From Vitreimonas sp. (GTDB lineage: Bacteria > Patescibacteriota > Microgenomatia > UBA1400 > PJMF01), in contig DASPLQ010000012.1 in NCBI GenBank assembly GCA_035627515.1, positions 71,269 through 135,268 on the forward strand: a stretch of 64,000 bases of DNA, written 5' to 3'. Under the pieces are notes generated by a model. It searched no databases. It saw only the letters and a list, made by a program, of their open reading frames with translations, and had not been told where the DNA came from. The position numbers were made by a program, and so were the translations under genes. Numbering within the stretch: the stretch's first letter is position 1; every line of letters starts with the position of its first letter. This document shows, piece by piece, positions 17,316 through 26,252 of the stretch.

Positions 17316-17645
17316 ATGGGAGCCCTACCAAAGAATAAAATCACTCGCGCTGAACAAGGTGCCCGCCGCCATGGCAACACCCCCAAATTGCAAAAAGACA
17401 GTAACAGTTCAATCCCCATGCACAAGCAAGGCTTTGTCGCTCAATTCATGAAGTTTATCGGCGCTGCTCCTGCCACCGCTGACAAAACCAATGATAAAGC
17501 AGAGTCTCGAGAAGCCAAAAAAGCTGCCAAAGCCGCCGAGCTGAGCTCGGTTGCCGGCACCAAAGCTGCTCCACAAGCTCGTGGTAAAGCTACTAATGCT
17601 TCAGCTCCTATCAAAGGCGTGCGCAAAGCTCAACACAAAGGGTAA
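17316..17645 (+). CDS. rpmF: Ribosomal protein bL32-like with an Ala/Lys-rich C-terminal extension
   Basis: MGALPKNKITRAEQGARRHGNT fits the bL32 N-terminal pattern A-x-x-x-N-K-x-T-R-x-x-x-G-x-RRH. RBS aaaggagac upstream. The tail AKKAAKAAELS...KAQHKG is histone-like. Confidence 0.35.
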   Translation: MGALPKNKITRAEQGARRHGNTPKLQKDSNSSIPMHKQGFVAQFMKFIGAAPATADKTNDKAESREAKKAAKAAELSSVAGTKAAPQARGKATNASAPIKGVRKAQHKG

Positions 17646-17669
17646 ACTTTTTACCACTATAATCGTGTC

Positions 17670-18146
17670 ATGACTTCACCTGACCTGGGTTTATATTTTC
17701 GCACCGCCAACCAGGATGATTTAGATATCATCGTGACGCTTAACTCTCAGTTCAATTTGGCGATGCCAAATTTTTACTGGGATCAGCCTGAGTGGGTATC
17801 TACCCAGATTGAACACGCTCGCTACTTTGTACTCATTAACCCTGATAACCTTGTCATTGGCGCCATCTGTTTAACACCCCTCACCGACACCAATCAATTA
17901 AACTTGGAAACGTTAGCCATCAACCCTCAGCATCATGGCCAAGGCTTGGGTAAAAAGATGATTGAGTTCGCTAAGCAAAAAGCTCTGGAAGGTAGGTGTG
18001 AATCATTGATTGTCGAAACCTTCCAATGTTATAAACTCGAAGCCTTTTATCTTAAGTGTGGTTTTAGCAAAGACGAGCCGTATATTTTATTTGAAAATGG
18101 CGAACCGTATTACCGGTTTAAGATGAAGTTGGAAGCTAAGTTATAA
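17670..18146 (+). CDS. GNAT family N-acetyltransferase
   Basis: Motif A QHHGQGLGKKMIEFAKQKA, with GNAT strand/helix layout before and after. Confidence 0.6.
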   Translation: MTSPDLGLYFRTANQDDLDIIVTLNSQFNLAMPNFYWDQPEWVSTQIEHARYFVLINPDNLVIGAICLTPLTDTNQLNLETLAINPQHHGQGLGKKMIEFAKQKALEGRCESLIVETFQCYKLEAFYLKCGFSKDEPYILFENGEPYYRFKMKLEAKL

Positions 18147-18252
18147 TTTTTAGATGACAGATTTATGCCATAATTGTGGCACGGAAAAAGTGGAGTCAAC
18201 AAATGAGAGACCTTTAACCAAAGCTCTCATCACAAAACTAGTTTGTGATACA

Positions 18253-18281
18253 TTGCGCAAATATTAACAAAAATGCCACAA
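18253..18281. repeat. Palindromic element family, copy 2: TTGCGCAA-ATATTAACAAAAA-TGCCACAA
   Basis: Same 13 nt core as the other copies, with diverged arms. Confidence 0.45.
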
Positions 18282-18288
18282 GGTTAAC

Positions 18289-18612
18289 TTAAACCTTCTT
18301 CTTCACCTTAGCTAGAATTGCTTGAGCCACCGCTCCACTAGCAGTCTTAAGATCAATTTGGGTGCTAAGTGTAGAAATATAAGCCTGACTTAAAATATAT
18401 CTCAGCTCTTCTTCTTCATGAGTGATGACGACCTCATCACTATTAAAAATTGCTTCGACTGCTTGTAACTCAGATACAGAAACCAACTCAGTCTGAATTC
18501 CAGCATATCCATAAACACTTTCTTTATTTAACGGTCTACGAATCACAGCTAAGATTGCCCTAACCTTGTCTGCAGCTGACAACTGATCAAAGGGTTTCAA
18601 ATTTTCTGACAT
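18289..18612 (-). CDS. Hypothetical small protein
   Basis: 107 aa ORF with no recognisable motif. Confidence 0.35.
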   Translation of the reverse strand: MSENLKPFDQLSAADKVRAILAVIRRPLNKESVYGYAGIQTELVSVSELQAVEAIFNSDEVVITHEEEELRYILSQAYISTLSTQIDLKTASGAVAQAILAKVKKKV

Positions 18613-18762
18613 TTTTCTCCTTAAATGAAAGTGCGGGCATTATAGCAAAGCAAACTTAGGTTCAACCCTTGACACTCATCTCCAAACCGACTTGAATACA
18701 GAGAGGGGAACGACCTCTAGATTTTACTCTTGCTTTATTAATAAAAATCGATACTATATCTT

Positions 18763-19167
18763 ATGACAGATACATCGCAGTTGAGTAACCAAACGCCGCC
18801 CAACCAGGCAAATGATCAAGAAAATCTTGATCCTCGTCATCAAAAGCGCATAGCCATGATGCAAGCCTTGTTTGCGTTTAGTTTCCACCAATCGCCATCA
18901 GACGACAGCTTTACGGACATTGCTGAGATCATAGAAGTGCTGCCTGAGCTGGATCAAGAGATCCAATCGACAGCCCCTGAGCGACCGCTAAGTGAAATTA
19001 ACAAAGTTGACCTTGCAATCCTACGCTTAATTGTGTTTGAATCTAAGCGGAAGAAGACACCTAAAAAAGTGTTAATTAATGAAGCGGTAGAGTTAGCTAA
19101 GGAATTTGGGACAGACAGTTCGCCCCGGTTTGTAAATGGTGTGTTAGCTCATCTTTTTGCGGTGTAA
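18763..19167 (+). CDS. nusB: Transcription antitermination factor NusB
   Basis: [15 protein letters not shown]...AILRLIVFE...[32 protein letters not shown] matches the NusB signature. The promoter TTGCTT-16-TACTAT lies 5 nt before the ATG, so the mRNA may be leaderless. Confidence 0.75.
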   Translation: MTDTSQLSNQTPPNQANDQENLDPRHQKRIAMMQALFAFSFHQSPSDDSFTDIAEIIEVLPELDQEIQSTAPERPLSEINKVDLAILRLIVFESKRKKTPKKVLINEAVELAKEFGTDSSPRFVNGVLAHLFAV

Positions 19168-19187
19168 CGAATGAAAAAAGGACCTTT

Positions 19188-19475
19188 ATGCCTCTAAGTA
19201 TCAAAAAAAACGCTCCGGCAGCTACAGATCAATCTCTGAGTACTTTTCAAGTGCTCCAAGGGATTGTCATGGAGGTGACCGGCAATGAAACTCATGATGT
19301 CACACCCGAGTTTTATCTGGAAGAAATGAGCTTAGTGGATTTTCCTCAAGTGATTAGTCGTATTAATCAGTACTATGATCACAAGATTAAATTGAGCGCC
19401 AAAGATGTCTTAGCTGAGTGTGAAACCTTAGAAGAATTAGTGTTTAAAGTCGAAGAAGAACTCGAGTGGGGCTAG
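19188..19475 (+). CDS. Acyl carrier protein-like
   Basis: 95 aa. LEEMSLVDFPQVISRINQYYDHKI aligns with the ACP DSL phosphopantetheine site and helix II. It sits directly upstream of rnc, as in the Bacillus acpA-rnc arrangement. Confidence 0.4.
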   Translation: MPLSIKKNAPAATDQSLSTFQVLQGIVMEVTGNETHDVTPEFYLEEMSLVDFPQVISRINQYYDHKIKLSAKDVLAECETLEELVFKVEEELEWG

Positions 19476-19493
19476 ACCTTACTCGCAAGCCAT

Positions 19494-20156
19494 ATGATCC
19501 CGCACTTCCGCAATCAAGCTCTTTTGATTACAGCTCTTACTCATCGCAGTGCCCTCAACGAAAAACTGTCAACTTCAGAAGAATCTAATGAACGCCTCGA
19601 GTTTTTAGGCGATGCCGTCTTGGAACTGGCCACTACCCAGTATCTCTATCACCATTTTCCTCAAGACCCCGAAGGGGTATTAACTGCTTACCGCAGTGCG
19701 TTAGTCAAAACCACCACTTTGGCAGAGGCAGCTTTAGAGTTGGGGTTGGGCGAACAGCTGTACATGAGTAAAGGGGAAGAAGCCACCGGTGGCCGCCAGA
19801 ATGTCAGTTTACTAGCTGATACTATCGAAGCCATTATTGGCGCTTTGTACCTGGATCAAGGCTTTGAAGCCGCCTATGAGTTCCTGCAGGATCACTTATT
19901 CCCTAAATTTATCAAAATCAAACAACAAAAACTCTATAAAGACTCTAAAAGCCAACTTCAAGAGCTGGTGCAGTCAAAAGGCCTGGATGCCCCTCACTAT
20001 GAAGTCATTAACGAGGTCGGCCCAGATCATGAAAAAGAGTTTACCATTCAAGTCTTAATAGCTGGTCAAATTCAAGGTAGTGGCTCAGGAAAAAGTAAAC
20101 AACAAGCTCAGCAAGCCGCCGCTACCGTCGCTCTTGAGAAGTTTGCTGCTGAGTGA
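19494..20156 (+). CDS. rnc: Ribonuclease III
   Basis: Signature ERLEFLGDAVLE, a second catalytic region DTIEAIIGALYLD, and a C-terminal dsRBD. Confidence 0.9.
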   Translation: MIPHFRNQALLITALTHRSALNEKLSTSEESNERLEFLGDAVLELATTQYLYHHFPQDPEGVLTAYRSALVKTTTLAEAALELGLGEQLYMSKGEEATGGRQNVSLLADTIEAIIGALYLDQGFEAAYEFLQDHLFPKFIKIKQQKLYKDSKSQLQELVQSKGLDAPHYEVINEVGPDHEKEFTIQVLIAGQIQGSGSGKSKQQAQQAAATVALEKFAAE

Positions 20157-20170
20157 TACAATCCCTTCCT

Positions 20171-20596
20171 ATGCTGAAAGTTAAACTCGCTCGTTTTGGT
20201 AAAAAGAAACAACCTCACTACCGGATTGTCGTCAATGAAGCTCGCGACAAACGTGATGGTAGCTATGTCGCCTTGTTAGGTCACTACGCTCCTACTCAAA
20301 CTCCTAAAACGTTGACTCTTGATGTAGAAGCTTACAATGAATGGTTAAAAAAAGGTGCTCAACCCACCGAAACCGTAGCTAGCTTAGCTGCTCGCTATCA
20401 ATCTGGTAATCCTTTCCCAGCTAAAAAAGCTCAACTTTCTAAAAAAGCTAAAGCCAAAGTTGCTGCTGAAAAAGAAGCTCAAGAGGCTGCCGCTGCTGCT
20501 CCCGCTGAAGAAGCCGCCCCAACCGCTGCTCCCGAAGCTGAAGCACCTGCCGAAGTCACTGAAGCTGAAGAGACCAAGCCTGAAACCACTGCTTAA
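20171..20596 (+). CDS. rpsP: Ribosomal protein bS16 with an Ala/Glu/Pro-rich C-terminal extension
   Basis: MLKVKLARFGKKKQPHYRIVVNEARDKRDGSYVALLGHYAP matches bS16. The start is taken at the internal ATG 20171. Confidence 0.85.
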   Translation: MLKVKLARFGKKKQPHYRIVVNEARDKRDGSYVALLGHYAPTQTPKTLTLDVEAYNEWLKKGAQPTETVASLAARYQSGNPFPAKKAQLSKKAKAKVAAEKEAQEAAAAAPAEEAAPTAAPEAEAPAEVTEAEETKPETTA

Positions 20597-20630
20597 TTAC
20601 CCAGTACTAAGTAGCATCAGTTTTTGACAC

Positions 20631-20903
20631 ATGAAAAATTTACTCGAATTCTTGCTTATTCATTTAGTTGATCATCCCGAAGATGTCGTGGTGGAAGAAC
20701 ATGAAGATGATCGAGGAGTTGTGTTTACCTTACACGTCCATCCTGATGACATGGGTCGCGTCATTGGGAAAGGTGGAGCAGTCATCCAATCTATTCGCAA
20801 TATCGCCAAAATCCGTGCTGTCAAAGAGGGCATTCGCGCTCATATCGTCTTAGCTGAAGCTGAAGAGGGTAGTGAGGCTGCTCCTGAAGCTGTGGCTGCG
20901 TAA
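20631..20903 (+). CDS. KH-domain RNA-binding protein (UPF0109/YlqC family)
   Basis: VIGKGGAVIQSIRNIAKI GxxG KH motif. Conserved position downstream of rpsP. Confidence 0.7.
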   Translation: MKNLLEFLLIHLVDHPEDVVVEEHEDDRGVVFTLHVHPDDMGRVIGKGGAVIQSIRNIAKIRAVKEGIRAHIVLAEAEEGSEAAPEAVAA

Positions 20904-20970
20904 TTTTTTCCTGTAAGAATGCTTTGTCTGTGAAAAAATATCCTTGTTAGTGGACTATTATTTCTAACTG

Positions 20971-21033
20971 CTTCTCAAAAAGTGAATTTTCTGTACGTTG
21001 TGCGGTTTTTGTTAATATCCGCACAATGAAAGA
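20971..21033. repeat. ~63 bp repeat block containing palindromic element copy 3 (20998-21026); duplicated at 47358-47421
   Basis: cttctcaaaaagtgaattttctgtacgTTGTGCGGtttttgttaatatCCGCACAAtgaa matches gtgctcaaaaagtgaactttatggaggTTGTGCGGtttttgttaataaTCGCACAAtgaa. Confidence 0.65.
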
Positions 21034-21129
21034 GGGGCTTTATTGTGGCTGGTGATGGTTATTAAGAGAGCTTAGCGTTACCTTACCTCTCCCTCTCTCG
21101 CAAAGTACCCTTCCTCAAAACACTCACTT

Positions 21130-21175
21130 TCACAGTGGCACAATTAGTGCACAATCGTGCCACAAAAATGCCACC
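21130..21175. repeat. Motif B copy (imperfect): CAGTGGCACAATTAGTGCACAATCGTGCCACAAAAATGCCACC
   Basis: Related to the 37867-37940 and 43471-43542 copies, which carry the perfect palindrome TAGTGCAC-GATC-GTGCACTA. Confidence 0.5.
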
Positions 21176-21230
21176 GGTTTTTAACCGTTGCTACTGAAGC
21201 CACCTTCATAGGAAAAATAAAACCACCTTA

Positions 21231-22049
21231 CTACAACTGATTACTGACCCCAAACAAATCTTCTAATCCACCACCCTGAATGACAGTAGGGGCCTGGATT
21301 TCGCTGAATACAAAGGTATCTACTTCTTGTAACACTTTTTCTTCCGCCGCACCCAGCGGTGGCAACGGAGCCTCCAAGGCTGCAGAAACCGATTTAGTGA
21401 AGTAAAAGCTGGTAATTAACAACTCAGCTTCGTAAACACTTTCTGCGGCACTTTTACCTGGTCGCAGTGGCTTACTTAAGCTTAAACTCGTGACCGTACT
21501 CGCCGGCGTGATTTTCTCCACACTTTCTAAGAAAACATTAATTTCAGCCAGCGACCCTTCCGTAGTTAGCAACACGTCTAGCTCATCATATTCACGCGCC
21601 ACCGTACTGGTTTTTTTCCGGTTGCGGGCCACCGCACTGGGAGCGCTAGATGTGCCGCTCGACTCACTAGCAATCGAGCCCGGTGATAACTCAATATTGG
21701 TCACCACTACTCCTGAATCTTGGATAACGCCATTTAAATTTGTCAGTAACTCCAAGAGGGGTTTTTTAGACGGCAAAATAGCATTGACCTTATCAGCTTT
21801 AGCGTATGAAGGCGAAAAAGAAATTTGTTGCAGTTCAGTGACTTTCTTGTTCAACTGATCAACCATATTTTGTTCTTTGCTCATCACATTCCAGACCGCC
21901 AAACTACTCTGGACTTGAGGTATGATCACCATCAAAAATAACAAGACGCTGATCCCAGCTAAGCCCACCGCAAATAACAAAAACCGCCGAGTTGTAGTCA
22001 AGTATCGGAGGCTTAATTGTGGTTGGTTAGTTAACGTCAGTTTAGCCAT
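21231..22049 (-). CDS. pilO: Type IV pilus assembly protein PilO-like
   Basis: N-terminal TM and coiled coil, third gene after pilM-pilN. C-terminal domain of unknown fold. Confidence 0.5.
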   Translation of the reverse strand: MAKLTLTNQPQLSLRYLTTTRRFLLFAVGLAGISVLLFLMVIIPQVQSSLAVWNVMSKEQNMVDQLNKKVTELQQISFSPSYAKADKVNAILPSKKPLLELLTNLNGVIQDSGVVVTNIELSPGSIASESSGTSSAPSAVARNRKKTSTVAREYDELDVLLTTEGSLAEINVFLESVEKITPASTVTSLSLSKPLRPGKSAAESVYEAELLITSFYFTKSVSAALEAPLPPLGAAEEKVLQEVDTFVFSEIQAPTVIQGGGLEDLFGVSNQL

Positions 22050-22054
22050 AAGAG

Positions 22055-22612
22055 TTATTTTTTCTCAGTTTTATTGAGTGAGATCGTCACCTGCATCGAG
22101 TATCCACCATCCTGATTCCGGGCTAACTCACTTTTGTTGACTGCCGCATACTGATTTTTAACCTCGTCACTCGAGAGTTTCTCAAACACTTCCTCTAGCG
22201 TAAACACATCTTGAGCTTTCAACCCAAACTGCAACAAACTTTCATCACCTTCAAAACTAATCTCACTAATCAAAACTTGAGGGCCAAACAAGGATGAAAA
22301 ATAATTAATTGCCGTCCGTTTGTCACTGCGTTGTTGAAAAAGTTCTCCTAAAATTTTGATCTTATTGGCAAAAATAACATACGAGCGTTCTACATTCTCT
22401 TGAGAAACTACCTGGCGTTTGAGCTCATTTTGTTTATCTTTGAGTTGTTTGACGCGATAGGTAAGAAAAAGCTGGGAAGAGGTAGCAATAATACTCAGGA
22501 TAGTAATAACACCAAACACCACCATCGCAATTTTAAAAAACCTTCGATCTTGTTGATCGAGTTTACTCAATTCCTTCTGCCGGTTGCGTAGAAAGTTGAT
22601 GGTATACGCCAT
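22055..22612 (-). CDS. pilN: Type IV pilus assembly protein PilN
   Basis: 185 aa with a single TM after a short cytoplasmic N-terminus, then a coiled coil. Sits immediately downstream of pilM. Confidence 0.6.
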   Translation of the reverse strand: MAYTINFLRNRQKELSKLDQQDRRFFKIAMVVFGVITILSIIATSSQLFLTYRVKQLKDKQNELKRQVVSQENVERSYVIFANKIKILGELFQQRSDKRTAINYFSSLFGPQVLISEISFEGDESLLQFGLKAQDVFTLEEVFEKLSSDEVKNQYAAVNKSELARNQDGGYSMQVTISLNKTEKK

Positions 22613-22613
22613 A

Positions 22614-23621
22614 CTAGAGTTCTCTCATTAACAAACCCATGCACACAGAGTAGGCGGGGTGATTAGCGGGGGGAATCTCGCCGCTAGCTTGGCTAAACGG
22701 AGCTGCAATCAAAACTTCCACTCCGAGTTCGGCGGTAATTAACTGCACCATCCCCACCAATTGAGCCGAGCCGCCTGACAGTAATACCCGCTGCACCGAA
22801 TCGGTCGGGTGCTGGTTAATAAAGAAGCGAATCGCTTTTTGCATTTCGCCAATCAGTAACTTAGCTGCTGGCAACATTGCTTCCCGAACTTTGCCTTGGA
22901 ACTGGGCCTCATCCAAGCCATAACTACGTTTGTATTGCTCGGCTTGTTCACCAGTCAGACCAATCGTTTGCTCCAAAGATCTGGTCAATAACTGACCGCC
23001 ATTTAAGTGAGTAAAGACAAAGCTCAACTCACCTTGATGCATCACCGCCATATCCATGGTAGAAGCGCCCAAATGTACTACCAGGGTGGTGGGGTCTTCG
23101 ACCGTAAACTGCAACGAACGGATAACTGAAACGATGTGCGTTTCTAACACCGTCGGCTCTAAACCAATCATGGTAAAAACCGAGACATATTTTTCAATTA
23201 AGGATTTACGAGCACCGACGAGTAAGACGCGCATCGGCACATTTTTGTCGGCTTTTTTAGGCCGGAATAAGACCTGATATTCTAAAGATAATTCTTCGGG
23301 GGGGATAGGAATATGTTGTTCGGCTTGCCAACCAATAGCTGAGGCTAACTCAGCGTCCGACAACCAAGGTAGTGAGATGACTTTAGTTGAGACCATTGTT
23401 TCTGGTAAAGCTAAACGGACATCTTGGCGAGGCAAATTATTATCAGAAATGGTGGTATCAAGAAGCTTGGCTAATTTCTCTAATTGGGCTTCGTCGGCGG
23501 CTATGTTAACACCGAGAGGATTAAAGATTTCCAAGGCGCGGGTGACTTGGACAGCATTACCAGGTTTACCACTAATGGCTTTAATCGTATATGTTCCAAT
23601 ATCGAGAGCAAGGGCAGGCAT
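22614..23621 (-). CDS. pilM: Type IV pilus assembly ATPase-like protein PilM (actin/FtsA fold)
   Basis: MPALALDIGTYTIKAI actin-like phosphate-1 motif, plus LSGGSAQLVGM near the C-terminus. 335 aa. Confidence 0.75.
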   Translation of the reverse strand: MPALALDIGTYTIKAISGKPGNAVQVTRALEIFNPLGVNIAADEAQLEKLAKLLDTTISDNNLPRQDVRLALPETMVSTKVISLPWLSDAELASAIGWQAEQHIPIPPEELSLEYQVLFRPKKADKNVPMRVLLVGARKSLIEKYVSVFTMIGLEPTVLETHIVSVIRSLQFTVEDPTTLVVHLGASTMDMAVMHQGELSFVFTHLNGGQLLTRSLEQTIGLTGEQAEQYKRSYGLDEAQFQGKVREAMLPAAKLLIGEMQKAIRFFINQHPTDSVQRVLLSGGSAQLVGMVQLITAELGVEVLIAAPFSQASGEIPPANHPAYSVCMGLLMREL

Positions 23622-23655
23622 AGAAGTTTAATTTTCAGTTTTTAATTTTATATGA

Positions 23656-24471
23656 CTAATTTTTGACAATATCTGCTCCACTATATAATGCAAAATCCAT
23701 CACTGATGGTGCGGTTGGTAAGGTGCGGTTGACTTCAACAATTCTCGTCTCATTGCCATTATTACTGCGCGCTTCAGAACGGACATTGAAGTACTGGACC
23801 GGCAACTCCCAGTTCACACCGGTAATGCGCACGTGGGTGTCACTGTAAACGGGTTTGACGCGCACAAATAAGTCATCACTGTTAAGAGTGAGCGTGGTAC
23901 TGCGCCGATAACCATCGACGTTGATGCTAGAAGCGGTGGTGAAACCATCACTGCGAGCACAACCTGCTAATGCGAGCGTCCGTGCCTTGGTATCGGTAGC
24001 ATCACCAGAAAAAATCGTGACTACTAAAGACGCTGGTTCCTGAGTACTACAGTTGTCTTCTTTGGACCACTCAATTTTGAGTTGGGGATTGGTAATGGCA
24101 GCGATACCGGTCAAATCTACCATCACATTGAGACCTTCAAAGAGCCGCGTTTCCAAGGTTTTGCGCTTGCTGATCGTGTAGTTAACATCGACGTTATCAA
24201 TGGAGGTGACTTCACCAGAGCTACTATCTTCTTCAAAAGTGAGTTCGGAGGAGAGGGCTTTTTCGATACCGGCTTCGGCAGCATTGAAAACGCGAGCAGA
24301 GTCTGCGCCTTGCTGGGAGAGGGCTAGATCTTGCGTGGTACGGGCAGCCACTGACAAACCAATCGTCAATAAAACCACCATGATCAACAGGATAATGACA
24401 CCAATCTGGCCAGCTTGAGAGGCTTTATGCACATACTCATCATAAAGCTTTACCAAAGCGAAAGCAACCAA
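23656..24471 (-). CDS. PilX N-terminal domain-like membrane-anchored protein, first gene of the pilMNO operon
   Basis: TM segment followed by AARTTQDLALSQQGADSARVFNAAEAGIEKAL, resembling the PilX_N motif (R..E..L..N..D...AF.AAEAAL). Confidence 0.4.
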   Translation of the reverse strand: MVAFALVKLYDEYVHKASQAGQIGVIILLIMVVLLTIGLSVAARTTQDLALSQQGADSARVFNAAEAGIEKALSSELTFEEDSSSGEVTSIDNVDVNYTISKRKTLETRLFEGLNVMVDLTGIAAITNPQLKIEWSKEDNCSTQEPASLVVTIFSGDATDTKARTLALAGCARSDGFTTASSINVDGYRRSTTLTLNSDDLFVRVKPVYSDTHVRITGVNWELPVQYFNVRSEARSNNGNETRIVEVNRTLPTAPSVMDFALYSGADIVKN

Positions 24472-24490
24472 TATTTAGTCAAGGGAAATG

Positions 24491-25063
24491 CTATGCGGCT
24501 TCGTACTCAGACCAGTTTTTTTCGCGATCGGCTTCGATCAAATTCCGCAAATAGACAGAGCGGGGAATCTTCTTGGTCTTAGCAATAAAATCGAGATAAG
24601 CCACCTGGCGTGGTGAGATGAAAAAGTTGAAACGAGTATCAGCTTGAGAAATGGCAAAATCAATGGCACTCTTGAGTGTTTCTTCTAAATTTTCCAGGCT
24701 ATATTTTTGGACAACCAGCTTCTCTGAATCTAAACCTTCGAGGAAGTGGGGAGCGTGACCTTCGGTGTATAAGACGATTACGGGTTTACCGCGCTCCAGA
24801 GCTACGGCAATTTCATGACCTACTCCTAAGGAAGGGTGAGAAGCCTCGGCAACAACGATGTCACTACCTGAAATCCACTTTAACACTTGTTTATAGAAAC
24901 TCACTTTCTCTTGATCACTCAGACCATATACCTCATCGTGAGAAGGGCGCAAGGTATCTTCAACAACTGTATACTCGAGTTTTTTTAAAGTATTAACGAT
25001 CGCTTCGTACTGTTTAAGATACTTATCACGACCAGAAATAGAACCTACAAAATATGTTTTCAT
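24491..25063 (-). CDS. Nucleoside 2-deoxyribosyltransferase-like (flavodoxin-like fold) domain fused to a C-terminal ribbon-helix-helix
   Basis: N-terminal domain: MKTYFVGSISGRD...SDIVVAEASHPSLGVGHEIAVALERGKPVIVLY, the NDT/Rcl-like pattern ending in E-x-G-x-A-x-x-x-GKPV. C-terminal TRFNFFISPRQVAYLDFIAKTKKIPRSVYLRNLIE matches the RHH beta-alpha-alpha pattern. Confidence 0.45.
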   Translation of the reverse strand: MKTYFVGSISGRDKYLKQYEAIVNTLKKLEYTVVEDTLRPSHDEVYGLSDQEKVSFYKQVLKWISGSDIVVAEASHPSLGVGHEIAVALERGKPVIVLYTEGHAPHFLEGLDSEKLVVQKYSLENLEETLKSAIDFAISQADTRFNFFISPRQVAYLDFIAKTKKIPRSVYLRNLIEADREKNWSEYEAA

Positions 25064-25072
25064 AGGGGTATT

Positions 25073-26227
25073 TTAACGTCCAAGAAGAGATTTGGCTAGT
25101 GATTCAAAAAATTTACCTGTAGAAATCGCTGAAAAGTCTCGTTTGGGTTGCGTTTCATCGATGCGTTTTTCTAAGACAAAGATCTTGCCACCCTTACGGA
25201 ACTCATCAGGATCACCAGGCTTCGCACCAGGTACACGATACCGTTTAGCTAGGGCTGGATAACGCTCCGCTTCGCTTTCAGTTGGTCCAGTATCTTGCTC
25301 AGCCCACATCTTAAATTGGCCACGAACTTCCGTATATTTCGGTAACCACCGGTCGCGTTGATCTTCACGGGCTAAACTATAGGAAATAGCTCGGCTGAGG
25401 AACTTGTACCACGTCTTAGAGTACCGGTAAAAAGCCACCACTCCCAAAGATGCCCCGTCCCAAGTTTCGCGATATACCCCTTCTACTTCTTTGTTGAGTT
25501 GTTTCAGCGCGTAGTATCCATTTCGCTCAGGATGACGAATTAAAATTAACATCTTGCCACCTGGTTTAAGAATTCTAAAAGCCATATCCAAGCTGGCTTG
25601 TAAATCTTCATTATTAACTCCATCGGCGGAGTTCATGTACACTATCAAATCCATACTGTTATTGGCTAAAATTTGGTTGGCCATGCTGCCTTCCACCATT
25701 AACACTCGCTTATCAAATTGAACTTGAGAGGCTGTAACCTCACTATCTTCTGCAGTAGGGAAAGCAGCTCGTTGAGACTCAATAAATTCACCTGAATTTT
25801 CAAGCATTTTTCGACTAATGTCGACAGCTACAATCCCTTTAAATTGATTTAAACGTGGATCATCAGAAATGAGGCGTTCAAATAACGCTTCCCCCGAACC
25901 CATGTCAGCAATCATCGCCCCCTTGGTGCCAATTCGAGCTAAGAGGGTGGATAATAACTCCCACTCAAAGACCTTAACAACATCCATCTGCTTTTTAGTA
26001 TTCGTCTCATTTTTATGTTGGTGATATTCAGGAGCATTTTTATTCCAGTCGCCTTTAATTTCATCTATAGTAGGCGGGTGATTAACTGGCACTGCCCACG
26101 GCTGATTGTCTTTACCCACTGGCTGCGCATCTTCGCGTACTCCCACACCAACTATGGCACGCGCCACAGCATCAAAGACACCTCTATTGCCATTACCACC
26201 GATGCGGAGAACTTCGCGTAAACCCAT
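25073..26227 (-). CDS. Class I SAM-dependent methyltransferase with N- and C-terminal extensions
   Basis: Motif I MIADMGSGEALFERL, acidic post-I IVAVDIS, and motif II/III MDLIVYMNSADGV...ILKPGGKMLIL. 384 aa. Confidence 0.6.
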   Translation of the reverse strand: MGLREVLRIGGNGNRGVFDAVARAIVGVGVREDAQPVGKDNQPWAVPVNHPPTIDEIKGDWNKNAPEYHQHKNETNTKKQMDVVKVFEWELLSTLLARIGTKGAMIADMGSGEALFERLISDDPRLNQFKGIVAVDISRKMLENSGEFIESQRAAFPTAEDSEVTASQVQFDKRVLMVEGSMANQILANNSMDLIVYMNSADGVNNEDLQASLDMAFRILKPGGKMLILIRHPERNGYYALKQLNKEVEGVYRETWDGASLGVVAFYRYSKTWYKFLSRAISYSLAREDQRDRWLPKYTEVRGQFKMWAEQDTGPTESEAERYPALAKRYRVPGAKPGDPDEFRKGGKIFVLEKRIDETQPKRDFSAISTGKFFESLAKSLLGR

Positions 26228-26252
26228 AGTATCCTCTTATCTTAACTGTCTT

